The notes below the pieces were generated by a model. That model did no database searches and was not told the DNA's origin. It was given only the letters and a program-made list of their open reading frames with translations. From positions 248,001 to 312,000 of the forward strand of contig JBDOQK010000014.1 of assembly GCA_040437565.1 (NCBI GenBank): a stretch of DNA of 64,000 bases, given 5' to 3'. Origin of the DNA: Albugo candida (taxonomy: Eukaryota). The position numbers were made by a program, and so were the translations under genes. Positions 23,542-37,474 of this stretch are shown here, in pieces; the stretch's first letter is position 1, and each line of letters opens with the position of its first letter.

Positions 23542-26500
23542 ATGGCGCCCAAAAAAGGGAAGAAGACGAAGAAAGCGGGCGGAAACGAAGCAAATAAAAA
23601 CGATGCAATCGACAATGATCTTGATATGCTTTTGAGTGAGTTCAAACCTTCTCCAAACGTAGATAAAATCGTCGATGGAAACTCAGCAATTGAGACACAT
23701 ACTGAGGCGCCTAAATCACCTGAAGATACCAAAGATGAGACAGAAGCAGCAGCAGCAGCGTTCCTCAAATCAATGGGAGTCGACGCTCAAACTGCGAGCT
23801 CTGAGAAAAAGGATAAAAAGAAGAAAAAACCCAAGAAAAAAGCTGCAGTGAGTGAGGAAAATCCTCCAAAATCCAATGAGAAGAAGCCTCTATCGGCCGC
23901 TGCCAAACTGCTACTCGAACGACAAGAAGCCATTCGTGCTGAACAAGAACGAATCGAGAAAGAACGTCTCGAACAGGAGCGGATTCTCAGAGAGGAAGAA
24001 GAAAAGCGGCTCGAAGAAGAGCGTCGTATGGAAGAGATTAAACGGAAGAAACGCGAGGCGAAAGCTGCAAAAATTGAACGACAAAAGAAAGAAGGGACGT
24101 ACATGACAAAAGCTCAGAAACAAAAGGCCGCAAAAGCACAAGCAGCATTGGAAGCAATGCAGCAATCAAATAATTTGATTATTGGCAATAATGAAGAGAA
24201 GAGAAAAGTCGTTTATACAAATCGGAAAAAAGTCAAACCCGTTGCAGATCAAACAAAGCCCACTTTGGAATACGATGAAAATGTTCACGCGCAAAAAGAG
24301 ACAGTATCAATGGCTGACGTAGAGTCTAAAGACGCTGAAGGCAGTCTCAATGAGACGGAGGCTCCAGATGCTTGGGATAATGAGGACTGGGAATCATCCG
24401 AGATAATCGCTTCTCTCGAAGACAAGCTCCAGTTGAATGAAAATGCGGATGAAAGCAAACGAACCGACGACGAAGTGGAGGATTTATTACTTATTGAGCA
24501 GAGAAAAGAGCAAGAGCGTCTTCGGCTCCAAGGAATTGCGCTGATAAAGCGGCAACAGGAATTGAAGGACGAACAAGAACGTCAGGCTGAGGAAGAGAAG
24601 CTGCGATCAAAAGCACAACAAGAAGCTGATAGGAAGAAACGCGAAGCTGCAGAGCGGCGTCGGGTAAGGGAAGAGAAAGCTCTTGCCAATGTCTCAGCAG
24701 ATGATTTGCGATCTCCAATTTGCTGTATCATGGGACACGTTGACACAGGCAAAACCAAGATTTTGGATAATATTCGTCGGACCAAAGTACAGGATGGGGA
24801 AGCTGGTGGTATCACTCAACAGATTGGAGCGACATTTTTCCCTGTGGAAGCAATAAAACACCGTACAGAACGCCTCACCAAAACAATGAAATTAGAATAC
24901 AGGCTTCCCGGTCTGCTTGTCATCGATACTCCAGGTCACGAGTCGTTCACAAATTTGCGTTCTCGTGGTTCTTCTCTTTGTGATATCGCCATTTTAGTTG
25001 TGGATATCATGCATGGCCTTGAGCCTCAAACTCTGGAATCTCTTCGATTGTTGCGGCAAAAGAAAGCTCCTTTTATTGTGGCTTTGAACAAAATTGATCG
25101 GTGTTATGGCTGGAAGGTTATGGCCGACATGCCAATTCAAGAAGCGTTGAAGCATCAGAATGAACACGTTATTCGCGAATTTGAAGACCGTACCAAAGAC
25201 ATCATCGTAGAGTTTGCAAAGCAAAAGCTCAATGCTGAAATCTACTGGAGAAACAAAGATCTGGCGCGCACTGTCTCGCTGATCCCTACCAGTGCTATAT
25301 CTGGTGAAGGTATACCAGATCTATTGATGATGTTGACCAAATTGTCACAGGATCGAATGGCGAAATCATTAGCGTATGTGGATATCTTACAATGTACCGT
25401 TCTTGAGGTCAAAGTGTTGGAAGGACTTGGGACCACGATCGATACAATCTTGGTGAATGGTAAACTAAATGAGGGCGATACTATTGTCGTATGTACTCTG
25501 GATGGGCCTGTTGTAACTCACATCCGATCACTACTGACTCCACATCCGATGAAAGAGATCCGCGTCAAAGGAGAATACGTGCATCACACCACCATGAAAG
25601 CTGCAATGGGCATCAAGATCTGCGCCAACGGTTTAGAGAAAGCAGTTGCCGGCACACAAATCCATGTGGTTGGTCCCGACGATGATGTCGAAGAGCTGAA
25701 GGATTCCGTGATGTCTGACTTAGCTGGTATTTTGGATTCTGTGAAAGCAACAAAGCGAGGTGTCATGGTACAGGCATCAACACTTGGGGCTCTAGAAGCA
25801 TTACTCGAATTCCTTCGAACTTGTGATCCTCCGATTCCAGTTGCGTGTGTGAATATCGGCCCAGTACACAAAAAGGACGTAATGAGGGCATCTGTTCAAT
25901 TGGAACACCAGCCCGAATACGCGACGATCTTGGCTTTCGACGTAAAGGTTCATCACGATGCCACAGAATTAGCCCAAGAACTAGGTGTCCGAATCTTCAC
26001 AGCAGATATCATTTATCATCTCTTTGACCAATTTACGGCTTACATGGACAATTTTCGAAGTACCCGCCGCGAGGAAGTTGCCGATATTGCAGTGTTCCCA
26101 TGCGTTCTCAAAATACTTCCAAACTGTGTGTTCAACAAGAAAGATCCCATCATTCTCGGCGTTGACGTTGAAGAAGGAGTGTTGAAGATTGGAACTCCGC
26201 TTGTGGTCCCAAGTGAGGGAATGTTGTTCGTAGGTAAAGTAAGTTCAATCGAGAAAGAACACAAGGAAGTGGATCGCGCAAAGAAAGGAACGAGTGTGGC
26301 CGTACGAATTGAAAACGAAAGCAATGTGACATACGGTCGGCACTTTGATCATAAACATCGATTAATTTCTCGGTTGACGAGACAAAGTATCGACGCGCTC
26401 ANNNNNNNNNNNNNNNNNNNNNNNNNNNNNNNNNNNNNNNNNNNNNNNNNNNNNNNNNNNNNNNNNNNNNNNNNNNNNNNNNNNNNNNNNNNNNNNNNNN

Positions 26501-26827
26501 NTCGGCGTTGACGTTGAAGAAGGAGTGTTGAAGATTGGAACTCCGCTTGTGGTCCCAAGTGAGGGAATGTTGTTCGTAGGTAAAGTAAGTTCAATCGAGA
26601 AAGAACACAAGGAAGTGGATCGCGCAAAGAAAGGAACGAGTGTGGCCGTACGAATTGAAAACGAAAGCAATGTGACATACGGTCGGCACTTTGATCATAA
26701 ACATCGATTAATTTCTCGGTTGACGAGACAAAGTATCGACGCGCTCAAGGAAAACTTTCGTGAAGATTTGGCCAAAGAAGACTGGCAATTGGTCATAAAG
26801 CTGAAGAAAGTATTTGATATCATTTAG
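23542..26827 (+). CDS. eIF5B: Translation initiation factor eIF5B; 3' part duplicated across gap 26402-26501
   Basis: Charged N-terminus, LRSPICCIMGHVDTGKT, GEAGGITQQIGAT, IDTPGHESF, VALNKID, C-terminal SIDALKENFREDL. Confidence 0.97.
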
Positions 26828-27976
26828 AAAGTAATAAGTAAGTGTCGAATATTTCGAAAGCGAATGATTGCATTTCATTCTGCATATGGCTATTTCCAGC
26901 GTCGATTCGAATAATTTTGCTTCCTAATGAAGCGACGTGATTTGTCCTCGACACAACATACATGAGACGGAAAGGCGCAAGTCTACAGGTCTTCGATTTG
27001 GAGGATTATTTTATACAGGACATGATTGCGTGAAAAGCTGTGAGAAGCATCGAATCGAAGGGTACGTGCGTCTGATTCATCGGACATAAGAGACATGATT
27101 GTGACGTGTTTCCGCCATGATAATCGCCCATTGTCTTGCAAAAGACAAGTCTGTATAATGTTACAAATTTATAGAGTGAACGAGTATCAGAAAGTGACTT
27201 TGTGTGCAAAATTCTATTTGAGCATGCAGAACGGGAGACTTGTATACTGAACTCTTTGCTGTTACGTGTACTGTACCGTTGCAATCAGATGTGCTTCTAT
27301 ACAGTACGATCAAAGATCGTGACATTGTATGTGCGACGGAGAATCTTGTCTGTAATTATAATGGGACTCTAAATGCAGTGCGTAAAGAATGGCCCATTCC
27401 CCCAATGTATTAACGTATATTGTGTGATGCGCATAGTCCTGCAAAGCGGTGGAAATGTACCCGCAACAAGTAGTATATGGGAAAAAAGAAAACTTTATAA
27501 GGGATAGATGAGCGTTCAATTGAGCCACCCATACGGTAGGCAGATAATCGTAATCACATCAGCTGTAATTGTGGTTGCGTTGGTCAGGAAGGGTGTGACT
27601 TTATCAAGGTATACATAAAGGGATAGAGAGCTGATACACAAGCATAGAGAAATCTTACTGACACATTCGACAGGGAGATGCTAGTTGGAGTGATTGAGTA
27701 ATCAGGTTAATAATCTTCCAATTCTGCCTTATGACAAGCAACACACTTCATTTTGAATTTAGAACGCGTTGTCACTCCGTCAAGAATCTATCGGATATCT
27801 CAGACAGTAGTACATAATCCTACAAATCTAGTAGCGCTCCTGATATTGCGATTTTCTAGCGGGTAATCTTTCCCTAGTGGTATTCTGTTTACTCTTTGGT
27901 GGTACTTGGCATTCCATTGTGCCTTCGACCCTTGTTTGTCAACTGCAATCCACTCAATTTAGCTCAGGTCGTAGCC

Positions 27977-29023
27977 ATGCATCCCATGTCGAACTCGAGC
28001 TCCCCATTTCATACCCTTGTGCTGGGTCCTTCGGAGAATACGCCAAAGAAGACCGCTCCGATGATCGTTACAAGAATACCCAAATTTCTTCGAAGTCTGT
28101 ATGACATATTACACGCTGAGGATCGAAATATCATCACATGGTCTGTGGATGGAAAATATTTCGAGATTTTTGACATCAAACGTCTTGAAAATGAAGTTTT
28201 ACCGAAATACTTCAAACACAGCAAATTTGCGAGCTTTCAACGTCAACTCAATAACTTTGGATTCCGCAAATGGACGAAAACACAATCCAGTATTTGTACA
28301 TTCAGTCATCGATTCTATGTACAGCAACACCCAGACGATTTGATGGAGCTACTGATGAGAAATATAGAATCGATTGCGATTAAACGACGGCGTAGAGCAT
28401 TCAAGGGGTCAAGAGCTTGTTACGAATCACCAGATTCTTCTGATCAGCGCAAAAGAAAATCGTATATGTCCTCAGAATTCATGGAGCAGCATTTTGAAGA
28501 CTCGAAGAGCGGTATTTTATCGGGTGTAAAATCTGTCCCGGAAACCTCCCAGTTTTATCACGAACACTCCGAACAGACATCTATGCCCATATTATGCTCA
28601 GCACCGAATCATTCCGATGTACGAGTGCATCAGTCGTGGAATTTGATGCCTCTGGAATTGATGAAAAATGAGCATTCGGAGACTGTCTCAGTTGGACATG
28701 ACTCACCAACAACAATTTGTGAAGGAGCTGAATTCATCGATATATATCCACCAGAGCTGCTCGATGAGATTTTACAATCAGCGGCTGACTTTATGGAGGA
28801 CAATAACAGCAGCAATCTTCGGACATACTGCTTCAATCAGCAACATGAGAATTTGGTGCCATTGCATCCAACATGCCCATCCTCAATTCCCATGGCGTGG
28901 AACCACGAATCAATAAATTTTGGTACGTCGTACAAATCCAGAGCTTCATATCTCTACCCAAGACCCATCTGCGGCTTCAGTCTACATGACATTGCTGTCG
29001 AATGCGATACGATCACAAGTTAA
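27977..29023 (+). CDS. HSF-type DNA-binding transcription factor
   Basis: HSF domain IPKFLRSLYDIL...ITWSVDG...LPKYFKHSKFASFQRQLNNFGFRK. First in-frame ATG at 27977. Confidence 0.9.
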   Translation: MHPMSNSSSPFHTLVLGPSENTPKKTAPMIVTRIPKFLRSLYDILHAEDRNIITWSVDGKYFEIFDIKRLENEVLPKYFKHSKFASFQRQLNNFGFRKWTKTQSSICTFSHRFYVQQHPDDLMELLMRNIESIAIKRRRRAFKGSRACYESPDSSDQRKRKSYMSSEFMEQHFEDSKSGILSGVKSVPETSQFYHEHSEQTSMPILCSAPNHSDVRVHQSWNLMPLELMKNEHSETVSVGHDSPTTICEGAEFIDIYPPELLDEILQSAADFMEDNNSSNLRTYCFNQQHENLVPLHPTCPSSIPMAWNHESINFGTSYKSRASYLYPRPICGFSLHDIAVECDTITS

Positions 29024-29950
29024 TTGATGCTCTAGCAATTGCATTTGCTTGTATCCGTATTAAAATACAACATTTAAGGCTAATGAAAACTAATTTCAAA
29101 ATTTACATCGATACTTCTGGTGCTTTTAGGGAAAATGTTGTTGCGGTATTCGTAGTCCTTTCAGGTCGTTTGATCGGAATTTCATTAGAAGAGCAGCAGA
29201 TTCGTCTTTGCTCGTGTGGTATCATCGAACGGCTTTCTATCAGATCGACTGGATCAAAAGTCTGGGTCTGAATAGAGTCTTTGAAGAACTGCATGCGATT
29301 TCGAATCGAAAAAGCTGGAAGTCTTATGAATGAATCGATCGTTTTCACGTGTGGTCAATCGCGGTCAAGAGCTGATATTGCGCCTGTATGCTTGCATGAT
29401 TGTGTCATTCAGACAATTTGTTGCTTACAATCGTGTGATTGAGTTTTAAAGACGTACGAATCATATGCGCCACTGCAATGTTCCGGCGTGCAAGAACTAA
29501 GAGCGATATTCGAAGAGCTCAGCGTCTGCGAATATGATACTTTCCTTATGATAACGTTCTTCTGTGCCTCATATTGTCATTTAATTCCTCTATTCAGCTC
29601 AATTCGATCCATTTTGTCAAGTCTTTTGCTGGCAACATCCGTGTGATCCTTTTACCGTCTTCGCCTCGCTTGACATCGCATCCTTCATGTCTAAATCTCG
29701 TCTGTTGCTATATATCCATCATTAATCTACATTTCTACCTCGCAAGGGCTATCGCACGCATCTCCCTCCTCCACACACGNNNNNNNNNNNNNNNNNNNNN
29801 NNNNNNNNNNNNNNNNNNNNNNNNNNNNNNNNNNNNNNNNNNNNNNNNNNNNNNNNNNNNNNNNNNNNNNNNNNNNNNNCATTAGTATAATGCATCCTGC
29901 AACTGGCTTACGCACCGTGTATAGTATACCATCCGTATACACCATCCAGT

Positions 29951-32900
29951 ATGTCGAGCATCGAAAAGCTTTCTATCCGCGGTATTCGCAGCTTCAGCCC
30001 AAATCGTGAGGAACTGATCGAATTCTTCCATCCTCTGACTGTAATTCTCGGTGACAATGGCTGTGGCAAAACGACAATCATTGAGTGCCTCAAAATTGCA
30101 TGCACAGGCACCTTACCTCCGGGCGCCCGAAATGGCCAAAGCTTTATTCACGATCCCAAAATTGCAGGGACGACAGAAGTAAAAGCGAGGTATTGATCGC
30201 TTTCCTTCATTTTCCTTCATTTCATTCCAATTTGGTAGCATTCGACTGCGCTTTCGCAATTGCGCCAATAAGCCGATGGTGGTGCAGCGTACCTTTCAAT
30301 TACAGCAGTCTCGAAATTGTGTCCGATTCAAAGCCATGGACGGAGTCATTCGGGCAATCAATGAGCATGGAGAGAAAGTCAGCATGAGCCAAAAATGCGG
30401 TGAATTAGATCGCCATTTACCCGAAATGTTTGGCGTTAGTAAAGTCATATTGGAGAGCGTCATATTTTGTCATCAGGAAGAGTCCAGTTGGCCTCTCCAG
30501 GAAGGAGCCGTGCTGAAGAAGCGTTTTGATGATATATTTGAAGCTGCTCAGTACACAAAAGCTTTGGAATCTATTCGAAAACTCCGTAAAAGTCGCATGC
30601 AAAACAGCAAGGAATTTCAGACTGATTTAAAGGTACTTCATTATAAAGTGAAGGCCGCTGGGTCGATTCAGGAACAGCTCAAGTCGGTGGAAGAAAAACT
30701 GAAAGAAATCGAGCAAGAACAGACGGTATATATGCAGAAAAGTAAAGTGTTAGAGAGTGAGATACAATCTCTCCAACAAAATTTGAAGCAGCATCAGGCT
30801 CTGGAAACAGAGCAACAGGAGCTCACAAGCAATATTGAGAAGAATCGTAATGATTTGGAGAGAGCTTCTTCGAAATTGGGTGAAGAATTGATGAAAGAGA
30901 CTGAAGAAGAACTGATCGATTTGATTGAAAATCACGAGATGAAAATCGATCAACAACAGCGGGCTTTTACGACATTAAAGAAGGAAGTAGCGATACATTT
31001 AGAGAAGAAAGGAAGCATGGAGCGTGAGTTCACGAGACTATGTCAACTTCGAGGGAATATTGAAGCCAAGGTTGAGGAAGACGCGAAGCAGTTCGAGTCG
31101 ACATTGCTATTTACGAAAAAAGTATGCTCGAAATACTCGCTAAAGCATTCGACTCGCACGGGATCACTGGGGTCTCCAAGTCTTTCGGATCTAAGTGATA
31201 CTGGCAAGGCTTTACAGGCTATGTACACAAGTAAGCGTGAGAATCTTGCAAGTATCGAAAATGAGCATCGAAGCGCTGAAGATCAGATTACTAATTCCCT
31301 GAGTACTATCCAGTCCAAGCTGTTACACACCCAAGAGCAGCTCGAGGAAATGGAAAGGCAGAAACTCGCTATTAACGATGAAAAGCGGCAACTTGAGGAG
31401 AAGCTCTTCCAGTCGAGTAGCTCACGAAGCTGTATGGCCCGCGATTTACATTCTCTGGAGCACCAATTGAAAGCCAGTGAAGAGCGTTTGGAGACGTTTA
31501 AAAAGGCAAATGATCTTCGAACAATCAAAAACGAGATACAAAGCAGTAACAATCGTATCAATACGCTCCATTTCGAGGTCGATCAGCTCGACGAGCAAAT
31601 CAAAATCCTTCGCTTGCACGAGCGCGATCATATCGCTTTAGAAGCCAAACAATTGGAATACGAAGCGAAACGAAAAGAATTAGAGGCGAAATTGATTGAC
31701 AATGCGACCGCAATTCGACCGTATGTGTCGATGAATCGATTACAGGCTTTCGATTTGACCTCGTTGCAAAGTGGAATTGAAAAGTGCGATCAAGAGATTC
31801 TCGTGCGGAAGAAAAGAACAGAGGTCGTTAAAACACGCCTTAGCGACTTGGAAAAGACTCTGCAGGAATCCGAAGCTTCTTACAAGTATTTGGAGCAATT
31901 GATTGCTTCCCAACAATCGGAAAAGAGAGTCTTAGCGCAAGGATCTATGAGCGCTATGACCGATATCCTGAACGACCTCAATGTGACCTCAGACATGGAG
32001 AATCTCGATACGCTTCTAAACGAACTGGAGAGAAAGTATTTTGAAGCAAAGGAAAAGTCGATACGCAGCAAGAACACAGTATCGTTTCTCAAGACATTCA
32101 AAGCCAAAGGAGAAAAGGAACACGCGTGTCCGTTATGTCAAAGGAGTATGAATGCCCAAGAAGAAGCGAAATTCGTCAAGTTTCTACGTGAGAAAACACA
32201 AGAGGACAAAATAAATGGCAAAATTCTCCGTGCGGAGACTGAGGAGGAAGAAGCATTCAATCAATGGAAATCAATAAAAGCGAATACGAGCGACTGGAAC
32301 GAATGGAAGCGATTACATGATTCGATCTCATCAAAGATCCGCCAACTGGATGAGCTGTACGACTCCAAACAAAGCCTGAGCACAGAATTGGAAATCATTC
32401 GATCGGATTTTGACGTATTACAGCGAGAAAGCGAACAATTGGAAAGACATCGACGTTTTCTCGGCCAAGTACAAGAGCTCTTGGAGGATCTCTCTCACTT
32501 GAGCGAGCGGAATACGAGCGATGAAAATCGATTGACAGCGGCTGAGCGGCAAGTGGTAGGAGCTGAAGTTGGCTCCTTGGATCAGGTTCATACGCTCAGG
32601 GACACAAAACAAGCCGAAATTCAGGAGATCCATCGACATTTACAATCCAAGCAGAACCATCTACAGAGTGTTCAGGAGATGCTGGAGCAGCTTCAGAATG
32701 ATTTCCATGCGCAGCGGCAGCGCAAATTGAGCATGGAGCAGCAACGGGTCGAGTATGAGGCAGCACAAAACAAACAACGAACGCTTCAAAATGGCGAGAA
32801 AACGCTCTGCGACACAATTGATCTATTGAAGGCGCAAGAGCCGAAATTAGTTCGGCAAGTAAGAGACAAAGAGAAAGAGCGTCATACCTTTCGCGAGAAA

Positions 32901-34174
32901 GCGAACGCTCAGCTTCGAATGCTAAGGGAAGAGCTTGCAGAGGTGCAGGAGGATGTTCATCTTTTGGAAGCAAAAGCTGACGCAATATCCACTCGACGCA
33001 AAGTCGATGTCCAAGGAGAGCTGAAGGAAGTTATCGACCAGCTCACAGCGATTCAGACTGAACAGAGGTCGGAGAATCAGATGCTGGAAAGCTTGCAGAC
33101 TGAAATGACCGAAATGAGCGAGAAATTGAGTCGACAGGAACATTGGAAGCGACAAATATTTGACAATTTGGAGTATCATCGCTTGAGAAAGGAATTGGAC
33201 GCGTTGTATACGGCGAGAGATCGTTTGCAGAAGAAAATGGACGCTCTACCAGCCTTCCAAGCAGTTGAGAATGAGTTGGCTACGCGTGAAAGCAGCGTGA
33301 ATGCTTATCAAAGTCACATCGCAACACTTACTGGACGCAAGCAGCAGCTCGAGGAACAATCCCACGGCTTTCGGGTAGACCTATGCAGCAGTGAGTATGT
33401 GGGAATCGATGAACGATACCGACAAAAGCTGATTCAGTACGAGACGACCATGTTGGCTGTGAAGGATCTTGAGACGTATTACAAGGCGCTGGATCATTCT
33501 TTGCTTCAGTACCATTCCAAGAAAATCGAAGAGATCAATTCGATCATTCGTACGCTTTGGCGGATCACATACAAAGGCCAAGATATCGATACCATTGAGC
33601 TGGTGAGTGGCCAAGATACGACAGAGACCAGCGTGACATTCAAAGCTGCGAGATCGTACAATTACCGAGTGATTATGGTGAAAGGTAATGTTTCCATCGA
33701 TATGCGCGGACGCTGTAGTGCTGGGCAAAAGGTGTTGGCTGCTCTTGTGATTCGATTGGCGCTTGCAGAGACATTTTGTCTTAATTGCGGGATCCTCGCG
33801 CTCGATGAGCCAACCACGAATTTGGACACGGAGAACAAGTACGGTCTTGCACAAGCGATCACCGAGTGCGTGGAATTGCATCGTTCATTGAGAGATGAAA
33901 TTGACTCGTGTTTGTAGCATTCTTCACGCTCGATCTTCCCAGCAGAATTTCCAGCTGATTTGTATCACGCACGATGAAGAGTTTGTGCAGATGCTCAGCC
34001 GAACGCAAATGCTGGATGGAAGCAGTCCTGAGTTTTACTTTCGGATCTCCCGCGAAGATATGTAAGGAATCTATTTAAACGCCTTCCTGACGACTCACTG
34101 TGTCGTTTGTTTGTAGCGGGAATAATCAATTTTGTAGCAAGATTGAACGATGTGAATGGAGTAATGGCATTTAA
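29951..34174 (+). CDS. RAD50: DNA repair protein RAD50 (4 exons)
   Basis: Walker [17 protein letters not shown], long coiled coil, zinc hook CPLC, signature [10 protein letters not shown], Walker [22 protein letters not shown]. Final exon ends ...CEWSNGI-TAA at 34174. Confidence 0.97.
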
Positions 34175-36703
34175 CACTCTACGGCGACGTCCTTTTGGTC
34201 CAAAGTGACTTGTGCTTTGCATGTGCTTTCAATACAATTACTTTGTTGCTTCATCAGATCTCGAATCGCAATGGTGGCGTACGATGAGCGTCCTACAGCC
34301 TTTCGGTTAGAAAAGAGGTGGAGACAAAGGATGGACATCGTACCGAGCTCAAATTGCAGGCAGAGCGCCACCATCTTTCCAGTTGGGATCGAAGCTTGCA
34401 CTGCTCGTTCTTGTAGTATATCCACATCCGTTGGAAATAGAGCGATCGATGGATCGTCATATCGTTTGATTTCGTACGCGACATTCTTCGGCCTGCGTAT
34501 TAAATGGCGATACGATCCAGGCAAATGATACTCAGAGCCCATCGCGTGGGTAAGTTTTTGGAAATTGACGTCTTCCGANNNNNNNNNNNNNNNNNNNNNN
34601 NNNNNNNNNNNNNNNNNNNNNNNNNNNNNNNNNNNNNNNNNNNNNNNNNNNNNNNNNNNNNNNNNNNNNNNNNNNNNNATAGAGCGATCGATGGATCGTC
34701 ATATCGTTTGATTTCGTACGCGACATTCTTCGGCCTGCGTATTAAATGGCGATACGATCCAGGCAAATGATACTCAGAGCCCATCGCGTGGGTAAGTTTT
34801 TGGAAATTGACGTCTTCCGAAGACATCAAATCATTGTAAAACCCGATGAGGGAATTCTGAGGATACTTGATATCGTATCCAGGCAGCGGTAACACGACGT
34901 CCTGAATTCGATACCGCTTTTGATTCTCTTCCGTGACGACAATCGGAACGATCTCGCGGTCACCTTTCCGCTTCTTCCCGGCGTTTGTGTCGTTCTCTGC
35001 TTCTGGATCGACCATCAGATTCTCCTCCTCCACGCCGACATCAACATCAGACTCGAATACCAAATCGCCAAGAATTGGATACTCGGAGGAGAATTTCGTC
35101 AGTCGTTCGGACACGACTTTATTCCACACATAGCTCTGATACGAGTGCGTGTACATCTATTCACAGAAATGAAGCTTTCAGCATCACAATGGAGCAGCAA
35201 TGAACTTACCATTCGTAAAGGCCTCGGGATACACTGAACAGCTTGGCCCCAGGCGCTAAGTCCATGACGTTCCAATCCTTGTAAAATGGCTCTTTCAGCA
35301 ACGAGATACGGTGGAAATTCAAGCAGAGCGGCTTCTACGTTTTGATGCTGCTGAAATTTCTCTCGGGCTTGGTGGATTTTACTCGGGTCACCGGATTGAG
35401 GTCTCATGATCAAATCGATCGCTTCCTTGTGATTCTGACGCAATAACGCGCGGCCAATCTCATACGTTGGAATCGAACGGGTACCGAAGCGCTGGAGTCC
35501 GAAATAATTGATGAAACCATATTCTTTCCAGGCCGATATCGCCTCATGCAAAACCTCTTCCGAATCGCTAGACACTTGTCGAATTGTGATAGAAAACTGG
35601 TTTCCAATCAGATCTCCGAGCTTCAATTTCTCAGCCACAAAACGCGTATTACCGACAAGAAAATTGAACTCATCCAGCGATCGATCCAATCGATTCAGCC
35701 GCTCCAGCTGCTCTTTAGACCCATGGTACAGCGTGCAACGCTGTGTTGTGACTCCGCGTTTATCTTTGGTACCCGCAAAGCCAAAATTACCGACTCGACA
35801 TCGCATCGCGCGAGCAAGTGCTGCCATCACCACATTGGTGTCCATATTCCGTTTGTACAGAGTGAATTCGAGAAATTCCGGTCGATTTTTGTCCCATCGA
35901 TTCGTTTCTCGTCGATCGACATCTTTGCGTTTTTTTCCCGATACAAATAAACGCCGAAGTCGGATTACAGAAATGCCTTTACTGTTTGCTATCGTGTCGG
36001 AAACAATTGCATGTCCGAAACGGATCCGAACGCTTTGATGGATCCTCGTACGTGTGGCTTTGTCCTTCACTTCGGGCAGTAGGAATTCTTCCTGTAGCGC
36101 GGTGTCACTTTCCGCAGTGGTACCTGAGCTATGGAGCATTTTGTGAAGGAATTGTGTCATTTGCTCAGCGATCGCGGCACTCTTAAGCTCAGTTGTCATC
36201 AGATCTTGTACCTCTTGAATTTTACGTTTGGTTGAGATGTCTCTGTGTTGCTTTTTTAGTGATTTCCATAATGTGAAAATTGACTTGACAATTGTATCGA
36301 GTAAATTGGTTGCTTTTTTATTGTCTGAATGCGAGTCCGCTGGAAAAAATTGAGAGATTTTTTGGTGAAGTACCTCACAAAGTGTCTTTGGATTTGTCAA
36401 TAATTTCGATGACGGCGTCGAATATCGCGGGAGTTCAGTGAGAGAAACGATTGTACCGTTGGTATCGACTTCGCGAACGATAAAGTCAGAGTATCGATGT
36501 TTCATTATGCCACTAAAGCCTGCAATGTTTGGGACTCGGAAACATTGTATCCCGACTGTGCGTTCATCTAACGTGACATGGACGCCGTCGTTGTAGCCAA
36601 CACCACGAAATGACGCTAATGGGGCTCTCTGCCCACGATTTGGTTTATCGCGTGAGAATTTTGAACGTTTAGAGACATGACGACCTCTAACCTGAGGTTT
36701 CAT
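34171..36703 (-). CDS. PUS7: TruD/Pus7-family pseudouridine synthase, catalytic motif intact
   Basis: GIMKHRYSDFIVRE, FGFAGTKDKRGVTTQ (catalytic Asp), GDLIGNQF, FINYFGLQRFG, HSYQSYVWN, VVLPLPG, LPGSYR, SSYATIAIRDL. Likely ATG 36703. Confidence 0.92.
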
Positions 36704-37058
36704 TGTGTCAGGAGAAAGGAGAGAATGCGCTGCTTTGTGTAAGTTTGACTGCAAAAACCGATGTAAAGGAGGTAGAGATTTATGCGATCGATAGGTACGC
36801 AGCTTTGTAATCGAAAAAAGCGCTTGTATAGTCTCGATAGTAGCTGTTGAATGTTGGCGACGGAGGAGCAGTGCCATCCAACAATTCCAGTGACATGGTT
36901 TATATAACCGATATGCAACAGATAACAAAAAGATTAAAATGAAGCTGTATGCTGACGCGTTGAGTACACAGTGTACTGCTATTGCGATTACTTTTGAAAT
37001 ACTTTCAAATGAATCTTCTTCCTCTGAAGAAAGCATCTGACATTACGTTGGATCGAAC

Positions 37059-37373
37059 TTACCACTTTGTCAATGCGTCACGTTCCACTTGAAGCTTCTC
37101 GGCTTCTTGTACCTTTTCATAGAGATAATTATCAAATGGTCGTTGTACTTGTTGCAATTCCTCGGTCAAATACGATCGTTTGAGTCCACAATCTGCGGCG
37201 CGCGCGATTCGACGAGTGCGTCCAAGATAGTCTTTTTTCTTCAGCCAGCTTAGCGCAGTAACAACCTCAGGGGTATCCACAAGAACATCGTCGTATTTTA
37301 AGCCATACTGTGTCAGCGATTCACCCACTTTCTTTCTGTACAAAGCCGCAACTTTGGCAATTAGTTTTGACAT
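37059..37373 (-). CDS. QCR7: Ubiquinol-cytochrome c reductase subunit 7 (14 kDa)
   Basis: LTQYGLKYDDVL...RTRRIARAADCGLKRSYL...PFDNYL, 104 aa. Confidence 0.88.
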   Translation of the reverse strand: MSKLIAKVAALYRKKVGESLTQYGLKYDDVLVDTPEVVTALSWLKKKDYLGRTRRIARAADCGLKRSYLTEELQQVQRPFDNYLYEKVQEAEKLQVERDALTKW

Positions 37374-37474
37374 TTTCGTTTCTTTTTTTTATGGCGACGA
37401 CCCTCTAATTGATCATTTACTGTCGATAACAATAGAAACTACATATTTAGCCGTGTTATTTACATCATCTACAA

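Noticed and set aside
26156..26747. Apparent tandem duplication of the eIF5B C-terminal domain
   Set aside because: Identical copies on either side of a 100-N gap; assembly overlap.
29100..29780. Possible small minus-strand gene between HSF and RAD50
   Set aside because: Only short ORFs without motifs, next to a gap; cannot be supported.
36704..37036. 111-codon N-terminal extension of the PUS7 ORF in the ORF track
   Set aside because: It starts only ~22 bp after the QCR7 stop, has no family features, and the paralogue begins at a position equivalent to ATG 36703. Probably chance open UTR or intergenic sequence.
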